The notes under the pieces are model-generated. The model ran no database searches. It had not been told where the DNA came from and saw nothing but the letters and a program-made list of their open reading frames with translations. A stretch of 63,867 nt of DNA, filler included, from Chiloscyllium plagiosum (Eukaryota): NCBI RefSeq assembly GCF_004010195.1. It is 3 parts of one record of this genome, joined end to end, with 100 filler letters (N's around TTAATTAATTAA, not from the genome) between each part and the next. Parts side by side here need not be neighbours in the genome. Positions count along the whole stretch, not along the records: positions 1 to 28,474 come from NC_057712.1; 2 more parts are not named here. The stretch is one strand, 5' to 3'. The position numbers were made by a program, and so were the translations under genes. This document shows, piece by piece, positions 11,826-25,200 of the stretch (its first letter is position 1; each line of letters starts with the position of its first letter).

Positions 11826-12796
11826 AAAAAGATACTGTCTCTGGACTCTCGTTATCATATTTCTGAAGGCTTCCCATTTTCCAGCTGTCCCTTTACCTGC
11901 AAACATCTGCCCCCAATCAACTTCTGAAAGTACTTGCCCAATACAATCAAAATTGGCCTTTCTCCAATTTAGAACTTCAACTTTTAGATCTGATCTATTC
12001 TTTTCCATCACGATTTTAAAACAAATAGAATTATGGTCGCTGGCCCCAAAGTGCCCCCCCACTGACACCTCAGTCACCTGCCCTGCCTTATTTCCCAAGA
12101 GTAGGTCAAGTTTTGCACCTTCTCTCGTAGGTACATGCACATACTGAATCAGAAAATTGTCTTGCATGCACTTAAGAAATTCCTCTCCATCTAAACCTTT
12201 AACACTATGGCAGTCCCAGTCGATGTTTGGAAAGTTAAAATCCCCTACCATAACTACCCTATTATTCTTACAGATAGCTGGGATCTCCTTACAAATTTGT
12301 TTCGCAATCTCCCTCTGACTATTAGGGGGTCTATAATACAATCCCAATAAGGTGATCATCCCTTTCTTATTTCTCAGTTCCACCCAAATAACTTCCCTGG
12401 ATGTATTTCCGGGAATATCCTCCCTCAGCACAGCTGTAATGCTATCCCTTATCAAAAATGCCACTTCCCCCTCCTCTCGCCTCCCTTTCTATCCTTCCTG
12501 GAGCATTTGTGTCCTGGAACATTAAGCTGCCAGTCCTGCCCATCCCTGAGCCATGTTTCCGTAATTGCTATGATATCCCAGTCCCATGCTCCTGACCATG
12601 CCCTGAGTTCATCTGCCTTCCCTGTTAGGCCCCTTGCATTGAAATAAATGCAGTTTAGTTTATCAGTCCTACCTTGTTCTCTGCTTTGTCCCTGCCTGGT
12701 TGACTCACTCCTTTTCCCAACTGTACCAGTCTCAGATTGATCTTTTTCCTCACTATCACTGTGCGTCCCCCGCCACCGCCTCCAACATCACTAGTT
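11826..12796 (-). mobile_element. CR1 ORF2 endonuclease region; its ORF1 end resumes at about 14935-15085
   Basis: ORF 11778-12464: EVIWVELRNKKG..YYRPPNS..VGDFNFPNIDW..LDLLLGN..SDHNS. Confidence 0.92.
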
Positions 12797-14925
12797 GAAC
12801 AAAAAATATTTACAGCCCAGGAACAGGCCCTTCGGCACTCCAAGCCTGAGCTGATCCAAATGTATTGTCTAAACCTGTCGCCCAATTCCTAAGTACCTGT
12901 ATCCCTCTGCTCCCCACCTACTCATGCATCTGTCCAGACGCATCTTAAATGAATCTACCATGCCTGCCTCTACCACCTCTGCTGGCAACGTGCTCCAAAC
13001 ACCCATCACCCTCTGTGTGAAGTACTTGGCACGTGTATCTCCCTTAAACTTTCCACCTCTCACCTTGAAAGCGTGACCTCTGATTATTGAATCCCTCACC
13101 ATGGGAAAAAGCTTATCTCTATCCACCCTGTCTATACCCTTCGTGATTTTGTAAACCTCAATCAGGTCCCCCCTCAATCTCCTTTATTCTAATAAAACCA
13201 AACCTAACCTACTCAACCTCTCTTCATAGCTCGCACCTTCCATACCAGGCAACATCTTCGTAAACCTTCTCTGCACCCTCTCCAAAGCATCCACATCCTA
13301 TTGGTAATGTGGCGACCAGAACTGTACACAGTATTCTAAATGCGGCCGAACCAATGTCCTGTACAATTTTAACATGACCTACCAGCTCTTATACTCAATA
13401 CCCCGTCCGATGAAGGCAAGCATATTGTATGCCTTCTTGACCACTCTTTCCACCTGTGCAGCAACCTTCAGGGTACAATGGACCTGCACTCCCAGATCTC
13501 TCTGCCCATCAACTTTTCCCAAGGCTGTTCCGTTTACAGTATAGTTCAGTTTCGAATTAGACTTCCCAAAATGCATCACCTCACATTTGTCTGGATTGAA
13601 CTCCATCTGCCACTTTTCCACCCAACTCTCCAGTCTGTCTGTATCCTCCTGTATTCTCTGACGGTCCCTTATGCTTTCTGCTACTCCACCAATCTTCATG
13701 TCATCTGCAAACTTGCTGATCATACCAACAGTGCCCTTTTCCAGATCATTTATGTATATTACAAACAACAGTGGCCCCAGCACTGACCCCTGTGGAACAT
13801 CACTGGTCACCTTTCTCCATTTCGAGAAACTCCCTTCAACTTCTACTCTCTGTCTCCTGTTGCTCAACCAGTTCTTTATCCACCGAGCTAGAACCCCCTG
13901 CACACCATGTGACTTCACTTTCTCCAATCATCTACCAATGGGGAACCTTATCAAATGCCTTACTAAAGTCCATGTATATGACATCTACAGCCCTTCCTTC
14001 ATCTAACAACTTGGTCACTTCCTCGAAGAACTCTATTAAGTTGGTAAGGCACGATCTCCCCCGCATAAACCATGTTGCCTATCACTGATAAGCCCATTCT
14101 TTTCCAAATATAAATAGACTTTTTCCCTCACTACCTTCTCCAGCAACTTTCCCACCACCGACATCAGGCTCACTGGTCTGTAGTTACCCGGAATATCCCT
14201 ACTACCCTTCTTGTACAGGGGGACAACATGAGCAACCCTCCAGTCCTCTGGCACCTCACCTGTATTTAAGGATGCTACAAAGATATCTGTCAGGGCCCCA
14301 GCTATTTCCTCTCTCGCCTCCCTCAGCAACCTGGGATAGATCCCATCCGGTCCTGGGGATTTGTCCACTTTAATATCCTTTAGCCTACCCAACACGTCTT
14401 CCCTCCTTATGTCAACGTCATCCAGAGTAAACAAACTTCTATCTCTAATCTCAACATTCATCATGTTCCTCTCCTCAGTGTACACTGATGCAAAGTAAAC
14501 ATTCAGAATCTCACCATTCTCTCAGGTTTGGCACACAGCCTTCCTTTCTTATCCTTTAGTGGACCAATCCCTTCTCTAGTTGCCCTATTGCTTCTGATAT
14601 AAGAATAAAAAACTTCGGGATTCTCCTTAATTATGCTTGCTAAAGTTATTTGATGACCCCTTTTAGCCCACTTGGTTCCTTGTTTAAGACTGGTCCTACT
14701 CTCCCGATAGTCTTCCAGGGCCCGTTCTGTTCTTAGCTGCCTGGACCTTACGTACGCTTCCCTTTTCCTCTTGGCTAGTCGCGCGATTTCTATCATCGAC
14801 GGTTCACAAATCTTGCCCTTCCTATCCATTGTTTTCAAAGGGACATGCCTATCCTGCACCATCTTCAACCAATGTTTTAAAGCCTCCTACATATCAAATG
14901 TGCACTTCCTTTCAAATAGCTCGAA
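12797..14925 (-). mobile_element. Nested CR1 LINE (tether, RT, 3' UTR), frameshifted
   Basis: ORFs 14503-14868, 14036-14485, 13379-13927 and 12869-13177 with [23 protein letters not shown] and KFADD. Same subfamily as 53600-55500. Confidence 0.95.
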
Positions 14926-15085
14926 TTCCCTTCAAATTGAAATCCTCTTGAGCAGCTGTAGCAAATCTTCCTGCTAGTATATTAGTCCCCTACCAATTCA
15001 GGTGCAATCCTTCCTTCTTATACAGGTCACCACCAAAAAAGTGATCCAAAAATGTGAACCCTTCTCCCCTGCACAAGTTCCCTGG

Positions 15086-16150
15086 CGACATAGACAGGAT
15101 GAAGAGTTGGGCTGAGAAATGGCAGATGGAGTTCAACCTGGATAAATGTGAAGTGATGCATTTTGGAAGGTCAAACTCGAATGCTGAAAATAGGATTAAA
15201 GACAGGATTCTTGGCAGTGTGGAGGAACAGAGGGATCTGGGTGTTCAAGTACATAATTCCCTCAAAGTTGCCACACAAGTGGATAGCTTTGAGGAGAAAG
15301 TGAGGTCTGCAGATGCTGGAGATCAGAGATGGAAATGTGTTGCTGGAAAAGCGCAGCAGGTCAGGCAGCATCTAGGGAACAGGAGAATCGACGTTTCGGG
15401 CATTAGCCCTGAAGAAGGGCTAATGCCCGAAACGTCGATTCTCCTGTTCCCTAGATGCTGCCTGACCTGCTGCGCTTTTCCAGCAACACATTTCCCCACA
15501 AGTGGATAGGGTTATTAAGAAAGCATATGGTGTTTTGGCTTTCATTAACAGGGATATTGAGTTTAAGAGCCGCGAGGTTTTGCTACAGCTCTACAACTCC
15601 CTGGTGAGACCACACTTGGAATATTGTGTCCAGTTCTGGTCGCTCTACTATAGGAAAGATACAGAGGCTTTGGAGAGGGTGCAAAGAAGGTTTACCAGGA
15701 TGCTGCCTGGACTGGAGGGCTTGCCTTATGAAGAGAGGTTGACTAAGCTCAGACTTTTCTCTCTGGAAAGAAGGAGGAAGAGAGGAGACCTGATCGAGGT
15801 GTACAAGGTAATGAGAGGGATGGATAGAGTCAATAGCCAGAGACTTTTCCCCAGAGCAGGATTGACTGGCACGAGGGGGTCATAGTTTTAAGATATTAGG
15901 AGGAAGGTATAAAGGAGACGTCAGAGGAAGGTTCTTTACACAGAGAGTTGTGAATGCGTGGAATGTGGTGCCAGCTGTGGTGGTGGAAGCTGAGTCATTG
16001 GGGACATTTAAGCGACTGCTGGACATGCACATGGATAGCAGTGAGTTGAGGGGTGCGTAGGTTAAGTTACTATATTTTACATTAGGATTAACCTTCGGCA
16101 CAACATCGTGGGCCAAAGGGCCTGTCCTGTGCTGTACTTTTCTATGTTCT
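15086..16150 (+). mobile_element. CR1 3' portion interrupted by a foldback insert
   Basis: WAEKWQMEFN..KCEVMHFG, LEYCVQFWS; TTCTATGTTCT tail. Confidence 0.92.
15287..15496. mobile_element. Penelope-derived foldback mini-element with 13-bp TSD
   Basis: About 80-bp inverted arms (15331-15410 and 15416-15495) that appear perfect by eye; TSD CACAAGTGGATAG at 15274-15286 and 15497-15509. Confidence 0.88.
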
Positions 16151-16784
16151 AACTCCATCTGCCATTTCTCCGTCCATATCTGCAACTGATCTATATCTCA
16201 CTGTATCTTTGAACAACCTTTGACACTGTCCGCAACTCCACCAATCTTAGTGTCATCTGCCAACTTACGAATCTACCCATCTACATTGTTATGCAAGTCA
16301 TTTTGTCCCAGTACGGATCTCTGCGGAACACTACTAGTCAACAAACCCCAGTCTGGAAAACACCCTTCCACCACTTCCCTCTGTCTTCTTTAGGCAAGCC
16401 AATTCTGAATCCACGTGCACAAGTCACCGTGGATCCCCATGCACCATCCCATCCTGCCCTGCCTTACCAAAATACAATACCTCACATTTATCTAAATTAT
16501 GCACCATCTACCACTCCTCAGTCCATTGGCCCATTTGACCATGGTCCCGTTGTACTCTGAGATAACCTACAGCTTGTGAAAGGCTACACAAGAAAAGTTA
16601 ATTTGCAAGTCAGTGTCTATGAACTGTTTTCTGGCTCCAGTGACACTTCAATTATTATATAGCTCAGATGATCTTTCTCAGATCCTGGAACAAAATATAT
16701 ACTCTCGACTGGTGGGTCTAAATGTGCCAACCTGTGAGAGAATGATGTAATTTTCCTGATACTGATTTTGTTTTTTGTTTGCAG

Positions 16785-16894
16785 ATATATCCGCATCGTT
16801 GGAACACACAACACTGTGAACAAGGTATTCCACCTAGTCTCTTTCGAATGTATGTTCACCAATAAGCCCTTCTCATTGGATTCTGGGTTACTGG
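16785..16894 (+). CDS. BTBD9: Internal coding exon of BTB/POZ domain-containing protein 9 (end of the first F5/8-type discoidin-like repeat)
   Basis: Polypyrimidine tract and acceptor ttttttgtttgcAG; encodes (R)YIRIVGTHNTVNKVFHLVSFECMFTNKPFSLDSGLL, matching BTBD9 RYIRIVGTHNTVNKIFHIVAFECMFTNKTFTLEKGLI as I recall it; donor CTGG|GTAAGA; 110 bp, phase 2 to phase 1. Confidence 0.92.
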
Positions 16895-17769
16895 GTAAGA
16901 CAGCATTTTTTTCCCATCTACTGCCAAGTATGAATATTGTCCATTTCAATCTGGATAACATGGTATTAAACTTTTCATACCATAGCTACCCAATTAGATA
17001 ATAGACAATAGGTGCAGGAGTAGGCCATTCTGCCCTTCGAACCAGCACCACCATTCATTATGATCATGGCTGATCATCCTCAGTCAGTATCCTGTTCCTG
17101 CCTTATCCCCATAACCCTTGATTCCACTCCCCTTAAGAGCTCTATTGCCACCTCTATATTATCACTGGATTGCACCCGTACCTCAGTTCAGCCATAGAAA
17201 CCCTCACCCATAACACTGTCAGATTGATTTGAGTATTCCAGTATTCCCCCGGATATCCTGTACTCTCCATAAATCTAACTCATCCAAACTTCTGCTGCTC
17301 CTATTGCAACTCCCACCAAGCCCCATTTAGTCATCACATGAGGCTCACTGAACAAAATTGGTTCCTGTGTTAAAGTTCTCACCTCCTTGTTCAGATCCCT
17401 TCAGGGTCTTGCCTTTTCCTATCTCTGTATTCTCTTCTGATGTCCAAACAGGATCTCACATAAGGAATAAATAATAATCTTTAATTTATTGGCGGAAGGC
17501 CTAGGGCTTGTGTTTTAATCAGAATAGAGAGATCCCGTCATGTCCACACAGAGATTAAACATCCATCTAGTTTAACTTCATTTTCTGGTTCTTCGCCTGT
17601 ATCTTTGTATGCTATGTTGTTTCAAGTGTTCATCTAAATACTTCTTAGATTTCATCAAAGTTCCTGCCTCTACCACCCTTTTAGGCCAGGAATTCCATGA
17701 CCTGCTCAGTGAGATACGTTCTCCTCAAATCTTCTTTAAACTTTCTGCTCCATGCACTAAAACTGGGCC

Positions 17770-18290
17770 ATAAAAATAAAACATATAACTGTGGATGCTG
17801 GAAGTCTGAAACAAAAACAGAATTTGCTGGAAAAACTCAGTGCAAGCTGGAAGAGCAGCATCTCATTTTCCACCTCGGGACTCTGCAGCCTTCAGGGCTC
17901 AGTGCTGAGTTCAATAATTTTAGGGTCTGAACACCTTCTTCCATGGCCTTTACCCACCCCTACATCTGGGCCCTATCATCATGTGGGCTGCTTTCAGCAC
18001 TGACAACCCACTTTCACCTGCTTATGGTCCCCATTAGCAGCTCATCTTCATTCCTGACTTACCATTGTCGGTTTTTTTTCATCTGCCTGATGTTCTTTCT
18101 CTTCCACCAGTCCCCATCTCCGCTGCTTACTTTTCTCACACAGACACAAACAGACACCCATACCACACTCTCCCACCCATCCCCATACCCCCTGTTAGGG
18201 TCACTGGACCCGAGACATTACCTGCTTTCTTTCCACAGATGCTGCCAGACCTGCTCAGTCTTCCCAACAATTTCTGTTTCTGCCTAAAGC
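17770..18290 (+). mobile_element. Decayed Penelope-like 3' end (GIY-YIG C-terminus) with inverted terminal arm
   Basis: CKLEEQHLIFHLGTLQPSGLSAEFNNFR; the arm acagaatttgctggaaaaactcag (about 17817) is inverted relative to ctgctcagtcttcccaacaatttctgt (about 18251). Confidence 0.7.
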
Positions 18291-18551
18291 TGTGACTCCT
18301 GGTTATTGACCCCTCCAATAATGGGAAGAGTTTCTCCATATCTACCCTTTTGTGACCCTCAGAACCTCATCCACTTCAGTCAGATTCCCTCTTCAGCCTT
18401 CTCTGTTCTGAGGAAAACAATCACAGTCTTTCTGGAAGCATCGATACTCGGACCAGCAGTAGGGCATTTGGCCTTTCAAGCCTGTTCCACCGTTCACAAT
18501 GATCATGGCTGATCGTCCAATGTAATAGCAAACCTTCGTAGACTGTTCCTA

Positions 18552-18862
18552 GTCAGAGGCTGGGAACCCTGCAGTGAGTAACTCCCCTCCTGACTCCCCA
18601 GAGGAACCCTGCAGTGAGTAACTCCCCTCCTGACTCCCCAGAGCCTGTCCCACCATTGGGGTCAGAGGCTGGGAACCCTGCAGTGAGTAACTCCCCTCCT
18701 GACTCCCCAGAGCCTGTCCCACCATTGGGGTCAGAGCTGGGAACCCTGCAGTGAGTAACTCCCCTCCTGACTCCCCAAAGCCTGTCCCACCATTGGGGTC
18801 AGAGGCTGGGAACCCTGCAGTGAGTAACTCCCCTCCTGACTCCCCAGAGCCTGTCCCACCAT
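18552..18862. repeat. Minisatellite, 69-bp unit, about 4.5 copies
   Basis: GTCAGAGGCTGGGAACCCTGCAGTGAGTAACTCCCCTCCTGACTCCCCAGAGCCTGTCCCACCATTGGG repeated head-to-tail. Confidence 0.95.
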
Positions 18863-18961
18863 CTACAAGGCTCAAGTCAGGAGTGGGATGGAATACTCCC
18901 CACTTGCCTGGATAGGCGCAGCTCCAACAATACTTTAGAAGTTTGACACCATCCTGGACAT

Positions 18962-19183
18962 GTGGATTATTGGTGCTGGAAGAGCACAGCAGGTCAGGCA
19001 GCATCCGAGGAGCAGTAAAATCAACGTTTCAGGCAAAAGCCCTTCATCAGGAATACAGGCAGAGAGCCTGAAGAGTGGATAGATAAGTGAGAGGAGGGTG
19101 GAGGTGGGGAGAACTGCTGTGCTCTTCCAGCACCACTGATCCAGAATCTGGTTTCCAGCATCTGCAGTCATTGTTTTTACCTT
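18962..19183. mobile_element. Penelope-derived inverted mini-element with 13-bp TSD
   Basis: Minus-strand CTGATGA-A-GGGCTTTTGCCT-GAAA-CGTT at about 19022-19049; TSD CCATCCTGGACAT on both sides. Confidence 0.8.
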
Positions 19184-20494
19184 CCATCCTGGACATAGCA
19201 GCCCGTGTTTGATTGGCACTACAACCACAAACATTTACATCACTGACACTCAGTAGCAGCAGTGTGTACACTATCAACAAGATGCACTGCAGAAATTTAC
19301 CAAAGATCCTCAGATAACACCGTTCATGACCTTTCCATCCAGAAGGAAACGAGCAGAAGATATACAGGAACACCACCACCTGAACATTCCCCTCCAAGCC
19401 ACTTGCTTGGAAATGTATCGCCATTCCTTTACTGTTGCTGGGTCAAAATTGTGGAATTCCCTCCCTAAAGACATTGTCATTCAACCTGCTGCACAAGGAC
19501 TTCAGGGATTTAAGAAGTCAGCTAATCACCACCTTCTCAAGGGCACCTAGGGATGGGTAATAAATGCTGACTCAGCCAGCGATGCCCACATCCCATGAAT
19601 GAATAAAGAAAAGCTGCTTCCTCCTTTTCCCCCATACCCTTTCATCACTTTAGTTCAAGTACTAAATCCAACTCATTCTTGAAACTATACAATTTTGTGA
19701 CCTTGAGTGCTTCCGGTGGTAGCAAATTCCACAAGCTCACCACTCTCTGGGTGAAAAAATGTCTTTTCATCTCATTTACTTGTAGATTGTGACCCCATTA
19801 GAAACGTCCTTCTTGCCTTTGCTCTTTCTAATACTGTTAGAATTTTACAGATCTCTGTTAGATTTCCCTCATACCTATGAATTCCACTGACTACAATCCT
19901 AACTGAATCAACCTCTCCTTATATATCAGGCGTTCCATCCCAGGAATCAGTCGGCTAAACCTTCACTGCAGAATCCCTCTGTATACAGACCTTTGTTCCT
20001 CAGATAAGGAGATGAAAACTACACACAGTATTCCAGGTGTGGTCTCACCAAAGCTCTTTGTAGCTGAATCACTCCAGCTCAGGCAAAACCCTGGTGAATC
20101 TCCTCTGACTCTTTCCAGTGTAGTCATATTCCTCTATAATGTTGCTTCCAGACCTGCCAATAATACTCTAGCTTGACCACATTATTCACAGTTCGATTAG
20201 AACCTCCTTGCCGTTGTCATTGAATTATAGAGTCATACCGTGCAGAAGAGGACCTTTGACCCATCAAGTCTGCACCACCCTATCTACACATCCCATGGCC
20301 TTCGGTTTTGGATGTTGTGACATTTCAAGTGCTCATCCACGTACCTTTGAAAGGTTGTGAGACCCCCCCCCTCCATTCCCCCAAACACTACCTTCTTAGG
20401 CAGTGCTTTCCACCTCTCTTCTTCACGTGATGCTGTGACCAGAACTGGATGTACTTCTTTAGCTGTGGCCTAACCAAAGTTCTGTATAGCTCCA

Positions 20495-21890
20495 ATGTGG
20501 AACACTACAGCGCAGTACAGGCCCTTCGGCCCTCGATGTTGCGCCGACCTGTGAAACCAATCTGAAGCTCATCTAACCTAAATTCAGTTATCATCCATAT
20601 GACTATCCAATGACCATTTAAATGCCCTTAAAGTTGGCAAGTCTACTACTGTTGCAGGCAGGACATTCCATGCCCTCTGTCCAATATTTATCACCCTTCC
20701 ATTTAAAGCTATGTCCCCTCGTGCTAGCCATCACCATCCGAGGAAAAAGGCTCTCACTGTCCACCCTATTTAACCTTCTGATCATCTTATATGTCTCTAT
20801 TAAGTCACCTCTTAACCTCCTTCTCTCTAATGAAAACAGCCTCAAATCACTCATAATACCTTTCCTCATAATACCTTCCGTCCGTACCAGGCAACATTTT
20901 GGTAAATCTCCTCTGAACCCTTTCCAAAGCTTCCATATCCTTCCTGTCACGCGGTGACCAGAACTGTACGCTATACTCCAAATGCAGCTACACTAGAGTT
21001 TTGTACAGCTGCAACAGGACCCCATGGCTCCGAAACTCAATCCCCTACCAATAAACGCCAACACACCATATGCCTTCTTAACAACGCTATCAACCTGGGT
21101 GGCAACTTTCAGGGATCTGTGCACATAGACACTGAGATCTCTCTGCTCATCTACACTACCATTAGCCCAGTACCCTTTATTCATGTTACTCCTTCCAAAG
21201 TGAATGACCTCACACTTTTCCACATTGAACACCATTTGCCACCTCTCAGCCCAGCTCTGCAGCTTATCTATGTCCCTCTGTAACCTACAACATCCTTGCG
21301 CGCTCTAGAACTGCACCAACCTTGGTGCTATTCGCAAATTTACTATCCCAACCTTCTCTGCCCTCATCTAGGTCATTTATAAAACTGACAAACAGCAGTG
21401 GACCCAAAACAGATCCTTGTGGTACACCACTAGTAACTGAACTCCAGGATGAACATTTCCCATCAACTACCACCCTCTGTCTTCTTTCAGCTAGCCAATT
21501 TCTGATCCAAACTGCTAATCACCCTCGATCCCATGCCTCTGTATTTTCTGTAATAACCTACCGTGGGGAACCTTATCAAATGCCTTACTGAAATCCATAT
21601 ACACAACATCAACTGCTTTACCCTCATCCACCGGTTGGTCACCTTCTCAAATAACTCAATAAGGTTTGTGAGGCATGACCTACCCTTCACAAAATCTTAT
21701 TGACTATCCCTAATCAAATTATTCCCCTCTAGATGATTATAAATCCTATTTCTTATAATCCTTTCCAACTCTTTACCCACAACTGAAGTATTGCTCACTT
21801 ACCAGGGTGGTCTCTCCTCCCCTTCTTGGCTATCCTCCAGTCTTCTGGCACTATTCCTGTAGACAACGAGGACATAAAGATCAAAGCCAA
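20495..21890 (-). mobile_element. CR1 RT and 3' end, decayed
   Basis: [36 protein letters not shown]. Confidence 0.9.
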
Positions 21891-22228
21891 AGGGCATGGT
21901 TAGGAACATGGGACTGGGATATCATAGCAATTACGGAAACATGGCTCAAGGATGGGCAGGACTTGCAGCTTAATGTTCTAGGATACAAATGCTACAGGAA
22001 GGATAGAAAGGGAGGCAAGAGAGGAGGGGGAGTGGCATTTTTGATAAGGGATAGCATTACAGCTGGGCTGAGGGAGGATATTCCCAGAACTACATCCAGG
22101 GAAGTTATTTGTGTGGAACTGAGAAATAAGAAAGGGATGATCACCTCATTGGGATTGTATTATAGACCCCCTAATAGTCAGAGGGAAATTGAGAAACTTG
22201 TAAGGAGATCCTCAGTTATCTGTAAGAG
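21891..22228 (+). mobile_element. CR1 endonuclease N-terminal fragment
   Basis: WDIIAITETWL..RKDRKGGKRGGGVAFLIR..YYRPPNS. Confidence 0.9.
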
Positions 22229-22234
22229 AGTAAG

Positions 22235-25200
22235 ACATAGGAGTGTAAGTAAGGCCATTCAGCCCATCGAGTCCGCTCTGCCATTCAATCATGGCTGATG
22301 GGTGTTTCAACGCCACTTACTACACACTCCCCGTATCCCTTAATTCCTTGTGAGATCAAAAATTTATCAGTCTCTGCTTTGAAGACATTTAACTTCCCAG
22401 CATCCACTGCGCTTCGTGGCAATGAATTCCACAGGCCCGCCACTCTCTGGCTTAAGAAATGTCTCCTCATTTCCGTTCTAAATTGACCCCCTCTAATTCT
22501 AAGGCTGTGCCCATGGGTCCTAGTCTCCCCACCTGATGGAAATAACTTCCCAGCGTCCACCCTTTCGAAGCCATGCGTTATCTTGTAAGTTTCTATTAGA
22601 TCTCCCCTCAACCTTCTAATCTCTAATGAACACAATCCCAGGATCCTCAGCCGATCATCGTATGTTAGGCCTACCATCCCAGGGATCATCCGTGTGAATC
22701 TCTGCTGGACGCGCTCCAGAGCTAGTATGTCCCTCCTGAGGTGTGGGGCCCAAAACTGGACACAGTACTCCAAATGGGTCCTAACTAGAGCTTTATAAAA
22801 TCTCAGTAGCACATCGCTGCTTTCATATTCCAACTCTCTTGAGATAAATGATAAAATTACATTTGCTTTCTTAATCACGAACTCAACCTGCAAATTAACC
22901 TTTAGAGAATCCTGGACTAGCACTCCCAGATCCATTTGTACTTTGGCTTTATGAATTTTCTCACTGTTTATAAAATACTCCATGCCTCTATTCTTTTTTC
23001 CAAAGTGCAAGACCTCGCATTTGCTCACATTGAATTCCATCAGCCATTTCCTGAACCACTCTCCTAAACTGTCTCAGTCCTTCTGTAGCCTCCCCACTTC
23101 CTCAGTACTACCTGCCTGTCCACCTATCTTCGTATCATCGGCAAACCTCGCTAGAATGCCCCCAGTCCCTTCATCCAGATCATTAATATATAATGTGAAC
23201 AGCTGTGGCCCCAGCACCGAACCCTGCGGGACACCGCTTGTCACTGGCTGGTATTCTGAAAGAGAACTTTTTATCCCAACTCTCTGCCTTCTGTCAGACA
23301 GCCAATCCTCAATCCATCCCAGCAGCTCACCTCGAACACCATGGGCCCTCACCTTGCTCACCAGCCTCCCATGTGGCACCTTATCAAAGGCCTTTTGGAA
23401 GTCTAGGTAGACCACATCCACTGGGTTTCCCTGGTCTAACCTACTTGTTACCTCTTCAAAGAATTCTAACAGGTTTGTCAGGCACGACCTCCCCTTACTA
23501 AATCCATGTTGACTTGTTCTAATCTGACCCTGCACTTCCAAGAATTTAGAAATCTCATCCTCAACCCTGGATTCTAGAATTTTACCTACAACCGAGGTTA
23601 GGCTAATTGGCCTATAATTTTCCATCTTTTGTCTTGACTCTTTCTTGAACAAGGGGGTTACAACAGCAATTTTCCAATCATCTGGGACTTTCCCTGACTC
23701 CAGTGATTTTTGAAAGATTACAACCAACGCCTCCACTATTTCTTCAGCTACCTCCCTCAGAACTCTAGGATGTAGCCCATCGGAGTCAGGCGATTTATCA
23801 ATTTTTAGATCTTTTAGCTTTTCTAGCACTTTCTCTTTTGTAATGGCTACCATACTCCACTCTGCCCCCGACTCTCCTTAATTGTTGGGATATTACTCAT
23901 GTCTTCCACTGTGAAGACTGACACAAAGTACTTATTAAGTTCTCCAGCTATTTCCTTATCTCCCATCACTAGTGGCCCAGTGTCTACTTTTGCCTTTCAT
24001 TTGTTTCTTATGTATTGAAAGAAACTTGTACTATAATTTCTAATATTTGATCCTCTCCTTCCTTATTTCTCTCGTTGTTATCCTCTGTTTTTGTAGTCCT
24101 CCCAATCTTCTGATTTCCCAGTGCTCCTGGCCACTTTATAGGCTCTCTCTTTTTCTTTGATACATTTCCTGACTTCCTTTGTCAGCCATGACTAAGTTTT
24201 CTTTCCTTTTTGCTTCAGTCCTAGTCTGCCTTGAACCTAAACCCTGCACACATGCTAACCTGCTGCTTATCTTTCTACTTGGCTCCATACTCCCTGTTGC
24301 TTTCCCTTTCCCTTCCCTCCGACTCACAAGTTTAAGGTCCTAGTGACCACCCTATTTATCCTGTTCACCAGAGCACTGCTTCCAGATCGGTTCAGGGGAG
24401 ACCAACCCATCAGTACAGATCCCCCCCCGGTTCTAAAACTGATGCCAATGTCCTATGAAATGGAATCCCTCTTTCCCACACCAATCTCTTAGCCACGTGT
24501 TTACTTCCTAATTTTCTTATCCCTTTGCCAATTAGCACGTGGCTCGGGCAATAATCCAGAGATTATGACCTTCTTCAATTTCCTTCCTAGTGCTTGATAA
24601 TCCCCAAATAGGTCCTCCACCCTAGCTTTGCCTATGTTGTTAGTCCCAACGTGGACCACAACAACTGGATCCTCCCCCTCCCGCTCCAATATCCTTTCAA
24701 GCCGTTCGGAGATGCCCCGAACCCTGGCACTGGGCAGGCAACACACCATGTGAGACTCCCGATCCGGCTTGCAGAGGATACTATCTGTCCCCCTAATTAT
24801 AGAATCCCCTATAACAACTACTTGTCTTTTTGCTCCCCCCTCTTGAATGGCCTTCTGCACCATGGTGCCATGGTCAGCTGGCTCATCCTGTCCAGAGCCC
24901 TTTTCCTCATCCGAACAGGGAGCAAGAATCTCGTACCTGTTGGACAAGGTCAGGGGCTGAGACTCCTGCACTCCTGAACTCAGGTTCCCCCTACCTGCCT
25001 CACTTACAGTCACACTCTGAGGGCCCTGATCACTAACTAGATGTGAATTACTTAATCTCCCGGGTGTGACTGCCTTCTGAAACAAAGCATCCAGGTCACT
25101 CTCCTCCTCCCGGATGCGCCGCAGTGTTTGAAGCTCAGATTCCAGATCATCAACTCTGAGTCGGATTCTTCCAGCAACCAACACTTGCTGCAGATGTGGT

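Larger units (their letters stand above)
18535..19612 (+). mobile_element. L2/Crack-like LINE 3' portion containing a 69-bp tandem array and a Penelope insert
   Basis: TIYKAQVRSGMEYSPLAWIGAAPTIL.KFDTI; tail atgaatgaataaagaaaa. Same family as 912-1850. Confidence 0.8.

Noticed and set aside
18552..18862. CRISPR-like array
   Set aside because: Head-to-tail units with no unique spacers, LINE-derived, in a eukaryotic context.
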